From: Nemertoderma westbladi
Lineage: Eukaryota > Animalia > Xenacoelomorpha
Length of the DNA stretch: 33,766 nt
Reading direction: 5' to 3'
Assembly (NCBI GenBank): GCA_032718475.1
Contig: JAUCBJ010008185.1
Coordinates: 1-33,766 of the forward strand
Below, in pieces: positions 24,677-33,766 of this stretch. Under the pieces are notes generated by a model, which searched no databases, was not told where the DNA came from, and saw only the letters and a program-made list of their open reading frames with translations. Positions within the stretch are counted from its first letter, which is position 1, and each line of letters starts with the position of its first letter. The translations under genes and the position numbers were made by a program.

Positions 24677-26099
24677 GAGCACGGAAAACATACAACTGGA
24701 GGCCACCCGAGCACAGGAGACATACAACCGGCGGTCACCCAGACGAGCATAGGAGACATACAACCGGAGGCCACCCAGACGAGCACAGGAGACATACAAC
24801 TGGAGGTCACCCATGAGCACAGGAGACAATGTACAACTGGAGGCCACCCATAACGAGCACAGGTGACATACAAGTGGAGGCCACCAATAGCACAAGAGAC
24901 ATACAACTGGAGGCCACCCATCCGAGCAGGGGAGACATACAACCGGAGGCCACCCATAACGAGCACAGGAGACATACAACCGGAGGTCCCCCAGACGAGC
25001 ATAGGAGACATACAATCGGAGGCCACCCATAACGAGAATAGGAGACATACTACCGGAGGCCACCCAGACGAGCACAGGAGACATACAACCGGAGGCCACC
25101 CATACGAGCACATGAGACATACAACTGGAGGCCACCCATAACGAGCACAGGAGACATACAACCGGAGGTCACCCAGACGAGCATAGGAGACATATAACCG
25201 GAGGCCACCCAGACGAGTACAGGAGACATACAACCGGAGGCCACCCAGACGAGCACAGGAGACATACAACCGGAGGCCACCCATACGAGCACAGGAGACA
25301 TACAACTGGAGGCCACCCATAACGAGCACAGGAGACATACAACCGGAGGTCACACAGACGAGCATAGGAGGCATACAACTGGAGGCCACCCAGACGAGCA
25401 CAGGATACATACAACTGGAGATCACCCATGAGCACAGGAGACATACAACCGGAGGCCACCCATACGAGCACAGGAGACATACAACTGGAGGCCACCCATA
25501 ACGAGCACAGGAGACATACAACCGGAGGCCACCCATACGAGCACAGGAGACATACAACTGGAGGCCACCCATAACGAGCACAGGAGACATACAACCGGAG
25601 GTCACCCAGACGAGCATAGGAGACATACAACCGGATGCCACCCATACGAGCACAGGAGACATACAACTGGAGGCCACCCATAGCACAGGAGACATACAAC
25701 TGGAGGCCAACCATACGCGAGCACAGAAGACATACAACTGGAGGCCACCCGAGCACAGGAGACATACAACTGGAGGCCACCCAGACGAGCACAGGAGACA
25801 TACAACTGGAGGTCACCCATGAGCACAGGAGACATACAACCGGAGGCCACCCATACGAGCACAGGAGACATACAACTGGAGTCACCCATGATCACAGGAG
25901 ACATACAACTGGAGGCCACCCAGACGAGCACAGGAGACATACAACTGGAGGTCACCCGTGAGCACAGGAGACATACAACCGGAGGCCACCCATACGAGCA
26001 CAGGAGACATACAACTGGAGGCCACCCAGACGAGCACAGGAAACATACAACTGGAGGTCACCCATGAGCACAGGAGACATACAACCGGAGGGGTTACCC
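24677..26099. repeat. Minisatellite, roughly 40 units of 32-37 bp (GAGCACAGGAGACATACAACYGGAGGYCACCC[AGAC/ATAC/ATAAC/AT])
   Basis: Directly visible tandem units with a constant 32-bp core and a 0-5 bp variable linker. Confidence 0.97.
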
Positions 26100-27663
26100 T
26101 GTTCTGTAGCGCTCAATTCATGGCACTTGTACTGACATACTTGTTTGTACCCACAATCGGGTAGCAATTGGAAATAATTTTTTTTTTCAATTTGGTTGAA
26201 GTGTGTCTGGTGCTCAGCGACACCGGGTTATCCCACTACAATCAAAATCATCGGTATGACGATTTTTAGCTTGTAAGCAGATAAATCATTGAGTTTGATT
26301 TAATGTGGGCAGCTGAGATTAAAACTGGAAAAAGGTTAATATTTCTGAAGTGCCTGCCAGTTTTCTCAGTTTTATCAAGTATTTTGAAGTTATGGCCTAT
26401 ATTTCACACACAAGCCAATCGATAAATGACCTTTTTAGTGGTGTTATGAGTCTCATTTTGGGTTCCTTGTAACTGCAATGCTGGATTTAGTTAGACAATA
26501 ATCATTTTTTGACACAATACTTTTGCAGTTATTGCCTATATTTCATATTACTATGCGAATACATTGTGCTCATTTGATTCATTTTAAGTTCATTTGAATG
26601 TCAATGCTGAATTTAGTTGTAGGCCTACGATAATCATGTTTCAAGATTAAATCATCAGTATTTTTAGGTCCTAGTATTCACTCCTTTGTTGTTAATTCCA
26701 GTTGGGTTTTAGTTTTATAAGGATTCATACGGCGCAGTATTGGCGAAGTTTGTAGAGCGTTGGACATAGAAACTATAGGTACCGAGTTCACCACTTTCGG
26801 GTGCAATTATTTTGGTAGTAAGCCATCCAAGGAGACAGTTCATGCGTTAGTATAGTAGACGCGGATCTTTGCGCGCTTGTTGAATACAAACTAAGACTTT
26901 GTCCTCATCGAGATGCAATACATCGCGCCACTAAAAACTAAAATACCGACAATGGGAATGAAGGTATACTTAATATGAGCATAAAGAAGAAAGTGTTGGC
27001 GATGTATCTGAAAAATAAATAAATTAACGTTGCTCTTTGTATCTCTCTCAAGTTGATTTGGATTAGGACAATGTGATACTTTTAACTCCTGCAATAATTC
27101 AGGTGGTTTGATGAGAATGCTTTTAGGGGTGGGGTGGGGTGTGAGGGGGGGGGGGGGGTGGTAACTGAGAAAATGTGACAAAGAAATGGAAAGAAAGGCA
27201 ATGTTATAGTAAATGGATTTGTGTTATGTAATACTCTGTAGCAGCTGCTGGCTCCGAGGTAACTAATTTTGTATAGCCTGGGACTGACTATCTCTGAGTA
27301 GTATATTGAAGACATAAGTCTATGAAGGAGAGATAGTGTTTACTTTAGCTTTGATTTATGTTGTCAGCCCGGGGCGTCCTTCCGGTTCAATGAGTTATTG
27401 GGCAGATTTATTACATTGCAAGACTGTTTGATGCTTATGGTATTGGATCGAGGTGAAGTTATTATTATAAACATTGTCAAATTAAACAGAGTTGGAAAAC
27501 TCATTTTGTATAATGTAGTATCCTCAGACCACCTGTGACAAAAATTGATGGATTGGGATAAATAGGGCTGTAGGGTGGGAGTTGGTGTGTAAGCCGCCTA
27601 TGGAATCGGAAGAATATATCAAATTGACTGTTTTAATTATAACATTGACCTGCGGAATCAATG

Positions 27664-29560
27664 ACTACTACTACTACTAGGATCGGCATGCTGCATTGCA
27701 GCTGCATTTTTAAGAATTCTGTGCCGGCTTGTCAACAAAATTGCACCGCCACAACTCCCTATCACCCATGACATTTGCTAGATCATCCGCATCTTCAAGG
27801 CCAGTGTCCTTTAAAATGCGTCTCAAGAAAGTCATGGGCTGTCCACCATGCTTATTCACTCCATGAGGCTGCCAAAGTACAAGATTATGCACTGGCTGGT
27901 CCTCACGGCGAAAGCAATGTCCTGCAAAGCGGAGGCGATTTTGTTCTAGTGTCAAGCTTGGGGGAACCAATGAGACACCTCCAATGTTATATAGTGTCTG
28001 GTTGGAGATGTGTGCATTGTACTTGACACAATGAACCCGGCGTAGCATTCTTGTGAATGTGCCATCCAGAGATTTGGTGTCCTCAGCAGTTAAAGCCCAG
28101 CATGGACTCCCGTAGAGGAGTACTGGAACTACTGCTGCTCTAAATAATCGGACCTTAAGTTTCCGATTAATTCTCGGTGACTTCCAAATCCTGGAAAGCC
28201 TATTCAAGGCTGCCCATGCCTTTCCCTTACGTATTCGAAGGTCCTCACCTGACTTACGGATCCATGATCCCAGGTAACAGAAGTCGTCCACATGCTCAAG
28301 CATACCATCCTTTGAGCTTATGCTCATCCGATCGGAGACTTGCTGAGGACTTTCAAAGTTAACTGACAAAATTTTGGTCTTTCTGGAGTTAATAAAAAGA
28401 CCAACACTAGAAGCAGCATGTTCTAATGAGCTGAGGAGCCGTTGGGCTCCCTCTAATGATTCTGAGAGTACTCCTAAGTCATCAGCAAAGTCTAGATCAG
28501 TTAGGTACTTGGCAGGATTTCCTCGACTTCTGGAGCCAGTAGGTGGAGTTATCATCACCCCATCATCATTATGATGATCTAAGGACATGCGTAGAACATA
28601 GTCAACCACAATAATGAACAAGAATGGTGCAAGTGTGTCTCCTTGGAGGACGCCCCATAACACTTCAAATGGTTCTGTGTCACCGTCAACAGTAGACACT
28701 AATGTTGTCGAACCATCATATACTGATCTGATTGCTGCAATAATTTAATCAGAAATCCCATATAATGAAAGTATGCTGAACATACGTGAGCGAGAGACTG
28801 AATCAAAGGCCTTGAAGAAGTCAACAGAGATAACAGCCAGATGCCTGTCTTTCTTTTTTGATAATTCTTCAATTATCCTTCTAAGTGCCAAAATGGGCTC
28901 CATGGTCCCACGACCTTTACGGAACCCATTCTGATTTCCACGGAGCAGTCTCTCAATGGGATCCCTGATGCGATTTAATAGAATCCTATTGTACAGCAAT
29001 CGAGATCAATGAGATTCCCCGAAAAGAACCATAGAGTGTTAGGTTGCCCTTCTTGGGATCTGGCACCAACTTATTTGTTTTCATTTCTTGTGGGACTCTT
29101 GTTGTTCGGTACATGTCTACAATGATGGGATAGATGAGCTTTAAACACTCAGGTATTTTAAAGACCTCAAGGGGAACACCATCTACTCCACTGGCACGAT
29201 TGGTCTTAATGCTCTTTGCAGCAGCATTCACTTCTGCAAAGGAGATATCGCCAATGGGAATATCTGGGAGTACAGACTCAGACACTTTTACTTCTATAAA
29301 GTTATCAGGCAATACCCTGTCATTATTTAGGAGCTTTTCAAAGTGGGCTTTCCAACCATTGAGGCGATCGGCTGGTGATTCAGCCTTAACCTTGGTGGTT
29401 GGTTGGCTTTTCCGCCCAGTAAGCAAATTGATCGATTTCCATGCCTGGGATAATTGCCTGCTGTCGTCAGCATCATTGATGGCGCATCAACCTGTTGGTT
29501 TATTAGCTCCTGTAGATTAACAGAGTACTGCCTGTTCAGGGACCTAGATGCAGCCTTAAC
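27664..29560 (-). mobile_element. 5'-truncated, inactivated non-LTR retrotransposon (RTE-like LINE)
   Basis: RT motifs FRGISL, QNGFRKGR, VDFFKAFDSV, GVLQGDTLAPFLF, DFADD, FCYLGS and C-terminal RLRFAGHC. Very short 3' UTR and a (TAG)n tail at 27664-27680, as is typical of RTE-clade elements. No endonuclease domain is present. Confidence 0.9.
27710..29560 (-). pseudogene. LINE reverse transcriptase pseudogene
   Basis: Frameshifts near 29480 and 28995 and an in-frame TAA at 28745-28747 split one protein into the ORFs 28986-29426, 28745-28999 and 27710-28699. Confidence 0.88.
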
Positions 29561-30163
29561 ATTTGAGAAAAAATCGCATGCACCTGATAAATATTAACTT
29601 TATTAGAGTTTTAGTCTCCCCCACTAAATCAATGATCGCGCTTCTAACAAGCTATAAATCGTCCTCATCCACCCTATCGTGACCTTAGCGATTGTAGTGG
29701 GATAACTTCGGTGGCGTTGAGCATCGGGTAGATATTTCACAGCTTATATGTTCACCGTTTTGGAAATTTACTTTTTGGGGGGGGGGGGGGGGGGGGGGGG
29801 GTAGGAATTTCCAAATTGTGCCACCCTAACCCACATCTCCAGATTCAAAACCTGACATTTCTGGTAAAGCCACATCGGAAATCCATTATATTGTATATTG
29901 ATATATAATATATTGTATATTGATCTATTACAACACAATTAATCATTATTCAGACAGTATTTACTGTAGTAGAAATAAATACATTCAATATACATTAAAT
30001 TCATACAAAGTAGATAAAAAATAGCACTCTAGTGTTGAACGTTAAGCATTATAATATATAATAATAATAAATAATAATAATATTCCGGTTCCTACAGGCA
30101 AATAATATATCATTAGAATATATATCTGGAAAGATCCATATTCTGAAAAGTAATTAACATATG

Positions 30164-30523
30164 ACACGAGTGGGGCCTTCGTGCAGCAAAAGCTGCAAAT
30201 CTTAGGCCGCGTTCACACTACCGAGTCAAAGTCAAAATAAATTAAATATAGCTAGCTAGCAATAATAAATAATAATACATTATGTAGGCCTAATATAATA
30301 CATAAGGGCATTCTAGAACAAATTAAATTTCTTGTGATTATGTTTTACATAGTGTGAACGCGGCCTTAGCGAACAATTATAATTATACTATGGCTAGTTA
30401 TATAGGCTATTCTGATATTGGCTTCCGACACACTGACACACACACACACACAGACTTTCAGAAAACGGCCATAGTATAATTATAACAGTTCGCTGATGGC
30501 TCGCAGTTTTGACTCGCCCCACA
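30164..30523 (-). mobile_element. Short relative of the HINE-like element
   Basis: Starts ACACGAGTGGGGCCTTCGTGCAGC and ends GACTCGCCCCACA, matching both termini of the 1.6-kb element; a (CA)n/GACA microsatellite sits at the equivalent position. Confidence 0.7.
30205..30365. mobile_element. PIF/Harbinger (Tourist-like) MITE, 161 bp
   Basis: Perfect 16-bp TIRs GGCCGCGTTCACACTA / TAGTGTGAACGCGGCC flanked by a TTA duplication (30202-30204, 30366-30368). Confidence 0.85.
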
Positions 30524-31921
30524 ATAAATTAACCGAAGTATAAAGATGATTTGGAATTTATAATTTGACTTATTATTATTTGTAGCCAGTTTGGTCGGGG
30601 TATGACCCTGCCCTCCGCCCTAAATATATAAATTTTCGAATAAAATATAATGGAATGAATTTTAAGGTTCGCTCAAATAAAATAACATGAAGATCTACAC
30701 ATGACGTAGTCTAAGTTAAATTTCTTAGATTCAACTTAACGACATGGGTAGATTTAATACGTGTTTGGGTTGGTGGACTTGGACCCATCAGTAATCTAAC
30801 CCACGATGTTAAAATAGATGCTAAAACCATGCTTCAAGAACTCCCTGCATTGAGGGAGTTTATTACATAAATATTATCCTATTGTATGAATTTATAGGAA
30901 AGTACAAATTAAATTGATATAAACCGATTTTCTGTTTAGTCTATAAAAAATGTGTTGGTAGAACTGACAACTATCCTAAGGTAATTCTAAATAAAAATTA
31001 TGCATTTTTGTATCCCCAGATAAATAATCGTATGTAAAGGTGACATTTACAAGTAATAAAGTAAAGTATAGTTTAATATATCGTAATATTATACACGATG
31101 GACGGTATTACATGGGATACAAAAAACCAGGATAAATGTACCGCAGCAAATAAATCAAACAACCATCGTACTAAACAAATCGTGTGTGACGGGGGAAATA
31201 AAATTTAATTAATACATAATTTATTACATTCAGTGGTTATTCCTATTTAGTCTATTGGGATTTAATTAATAAACTTAGATTGTTTGCGGTAACAGCTACC
31301 GGTATTAATTCCGATATTTGTTAATATAATTTAAATACATTTAATTTGATATATTTATTAATTTTAATTGATTGTTTAAGTGATGTACACACTACATTAC
31401 TCAACTACGTTAACTGTATTAAAGTAGTTGAGTATTAAAGTAATTGAGTAATGTCAACCGAGTGTCGTAATTTATTTATTTTATTTATTTATTTATGCCA
31501 GGCAAAGAACACCCATATCACATTGATTTAAACAACAGACATAATGATTAACAAATTATAATAATATAGCTAGGTATGGTGGGGTGGGGCCCCGAGCAGG
31601 GAAGCACAAACTGCAATGAATAAAGAAAATCAATACAAACAAAACAAACAAAATAAACGATTTGGACCTCCTAATGGCTGTCCAAGGAACACCGACCAAT
31701 CAGACGGCTCGTCTGGAACGTCACCATGGCCACACTCTGCACAATACTATTCTGAGACGAGTTCACGCGATGCAACAGTGATACCCGCGCATTGTGAAGT
31801 ACATGTAATGCGTAATGTTGCAATGATGTTGTAAAACCTTATATATTGCACTGTAATTGGTACAATATCGTATTCTATACAGCGATAAAATTACTAAGAA
31901 TCATATTGAATTGAAACGGCC

Positions 31922-33280
31922 CTAAACGTAGCGAAACATAACGGAATTCCTGTCTGTTCGGTCGCCGACCAACCGAGAGGTTTCTGTGTCGGACCGCGGA
32001 CCTGTAAAGGTCGACAACCGTCTGGGTAAGACGGAGGTTGTCGGAGAGACGCGCCATTGGTTGAACTTCCGACGGAAACTGGTTACCCAATCCGGTAGGC
32101 AGGTAAACCGGCTACTGGGGACGTGTTGGTCTCCGTATAGGTTGAACTCCGCGGTCTCCACGAGCGGTCTGGGTCTCCTGTCTGCGTGGAGATGGAGGAT
32201 AACAGCTGCTACAACCGAGAGAACCGCCCCTAACGCTACGAAACAGACAACTATAACGATCGGAGAAGGTTGGCTGGGGGAGTAAACCGACAGTGGGAGG
32301 GTCTGGTTGAGGGAGCCGACACCGTTAGTGGCAGACACATAGAGTCGGTAGGTCTGAGGGGAGTCGAACCAATGGGAGAAAGCCAGCTGACAGTCGTCGG
32401 CTGTTGTGTGGCAGATAGGGGAGCTGGAAGGGGAGGAAGGGAGGGGAGGATGGATTAAGTAACATATGTCTACGGGTAAACTCCCACTACAAGAAATACG
32501 AAAATAAGCTGTTTGTTGCGAATATAAATTCGTCGAATTGTAATCGACAGTCAATGATTCTATAAGTCTGTCTACGTAGAATAAATTAGAATCTATTGTC
32601 CCTTGAAACGGATCTATAATAATGTTTATATTAGATTTATAAGCAACTGCGGGCGTTACAGATATCCTATAACTACCGGAATTACTGTAATTATAATGAA
32701 ATGTCGAGTTTCTGCTGCTGATTTCGGGCGAATCATCGCCGGATTTCCAGGAATTCGATTCGATTCGCAGTAAATTCAGCGGATCGTGTAACTTAAACCG
32801 GGCGGTAATTGGTTCACCGAACACGTAATGACCGGGTTTCGCTTGCGGATTCCGCTGGGGTATAGAAATGCTACCTAACACCTTGTCCGTTACGTTAAAC
32901 TCTGTGAAGTTGCTGGCTAAATCAACTTTTAAAAAACTCACGAATCGCACCCCTCTTACGACGAGCTTTAGTCTGTGACGACGAACGTCGAAGTACGATA
33001 GATACGCCCCGTTTAGCCAATGTGATATGTGGGGTTTGTTGGTTGTGTTTCGGTATCGCTCGGTTTCCAATCCCAGAGAGTCTCTTTCAGACCAGACCCA
33101 CTCGTAGCTGCTGTACGCATAGCGGTCGATTACGGTAGCTTCCAACAGCACCGGGTACCCGAGCAGTAAGACAGGGCCTATCTCGGTTATGTAAACCGCG
33201 GATTCATTCAACACGCAATCCACTATAGATGATAAACCGAAGGATAAGAGTATAACAGTTAGTGGCAACAAATCAAACAT
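31922..33280 (-). CDS. Type I membrane glycoprotein, TMEM130/PMEL/GPNMB-family-like (PKD-fold ectodomain), 452 aa, no intron in the CDS
   Basis: Signal peptide and many N-glycosylation sequons. Ectodomain motifs include FHYNYSNSGSYRISV, CSGSLPVDICY and CQLAFSHWFDSPQTYRLYVSATN. One TM helix (IVIVVCFVALGAVLSVVAAVIL) is followed by cytoplasmic VETAEFNL (recalling the VEVADFDF motif of TMEM130) and a dileucine-like ETSRLV. The family call is from motif recall. Confidence 0.8.
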   Translation of the reverse strand: MFDLLPLTVILLSFGLSSIVDCVLNESAVYITEIGPVLLLGYPVLLEATVIDRYAYSSYEWVWSERDSLGLETERYRNTTNKPHISHWLNGAYLSYFDVRRHRLKLVVRGVRFVSFLKVDLASNFTEFNVTDKVLGSISIPQRNPQAKPGHYVFGEPITARFKLHDPLNLLRIESNSWKSGDDSPEISSRNSTFHYNYSNSGSYRISVTPAVAYKSNINIIIDPFQGTIDSNLFYVDRLIESLTVDYNSTNLYSQQTAYFRISCSGSLPVDICYLIHPPLPSSPSSSPICHTTADDCQLAFSHWFDSPQTYRLYVSATNGVGSLNQTLPLSVYSPSQPSPIVIVVCFVALGAVLSVVAAVILHLHADRRPRPLVETAEFNLYGDQHVPSSRFTCLPDWVTSFRRKFNQWRVSPTTSVLPRRLSTFTGPRSDTETSRLVGDRTDRNSVMFRYV

Positions 33281-33766
33281 GACCGTATAATTCAGTAATT
33301 ATTACCGTCTTGGTCTTTACAGAAATCATTAGGCAGTTAGGCCCTACCGTTAATTATGATTCTGTAGGGCCTAATTATCTGATTATTGAATTATGATCAG
33401 ATTACAGTACGTACCGTACCGTACCATACCGGGTACCACAGTACCAGCCCAGCATTCAGGATTCAGCTTACCGTCTGACTGTCTTCATGTTCTGTCTACC
33501 GGCAGACCGGTATGTAAGATTTAGGTTAGGCCTAAAAAAAAAATTCATTTTGTTCATCTGAAGGTACTGGTACAGTGGTAGCGGTGACTGTGGGGCCTCT
33601 GGACTTCACTTACCGGTAGGTACCAGGTTCAGGTTCTTATTGGTATGTTATTATCAGATACTGCCTGACCGCCAGACAGCGGATCGTACAGCATACAGCT
33701 GTAAGGAAACTAGAATCACAATTTCCTGATTGGTTATAAACAGGTTTCCTAGAAACGCCAACCACC

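Noticed and set aside
24662-26163. CCCGATTG / CAATCGGG inverted repeat flanking the minisatellite as possible TIRs
   Set aside because: Only 8-11 bp, does not extend and has no target-site duplication; compatible with chance.
24613-26167. 374-aa and other ORFs in the minisatellite, and its CRISPR-like appearance
   Set aside because: The ORFs shift frame with linker length. There are no unique spacers (linkers are 0-5 bp and recur) and no cas genes, and the context is eukaryotic.
26720-27010. CpG-rich patch and acceptor-like site as a further exon of the minus-strand gene
   Set aside because: All three minus frames hit stops shortly after the acceptor at about 27008, and no phase-compatible donor was found.
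29777-29801. Long G homopolymer (also C26 at 3532 and the G run near 27145) as G-quadruplex elements
   Set aside because: Such runs are common in invertebrate repeats and their length is error-prone; nothing here supports a function.
31470-31834. 72-aa ORF at 31616-31834 and the adjacent (TTTA)n tract
   Set aside because: Low-complexity start and no motifs. The tract may be a retroposon tail, but no element body could be identified.

Overview
Repeat-rich eukaryotic window, probably from an invertebrate animal; nothing in it looks prokaryotic. Left to right: (1) a minus-strand LTR retrotransposon with an intact gag and an uninterrupted PR-RT-RNaseH-IN pol frame that runs off the left edge and is missing from the ORF track; gag and pol are linked by a G-GGA-AAC -1 frameshift site and the RT motif reads FRDD. 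(2) A ~9.5 kb purine-rich 20-bp satellite (4195-4565 plus 12404-21578) split by five ~1.5-1.6 kb copies of a non-autonomous Helentron/HINE-like element. The junctions indicate that this is not a simple tandem array: the copies appear to have inserted into each other's (ACAGAACG)n microsatellite at ACA sites, leaving terminal modules stacked at 12208-12403. (3) Three phase-compatible exons of an unrecognised minus-strand gene (22558-24546). (4) A ~36-bp minisatellite. (5) A decayed, 5'-truncated RTE-like LINE. (6) A short relative of the HINE carrying a Harbinger-type MITE. (7) An intronless TMEM130/PMEL-family membrane protein gene. The self-nesting, ACA-targeting element is the most interesting signal. 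All family assignments come from hand translation and motif recognition; no database searches were run.
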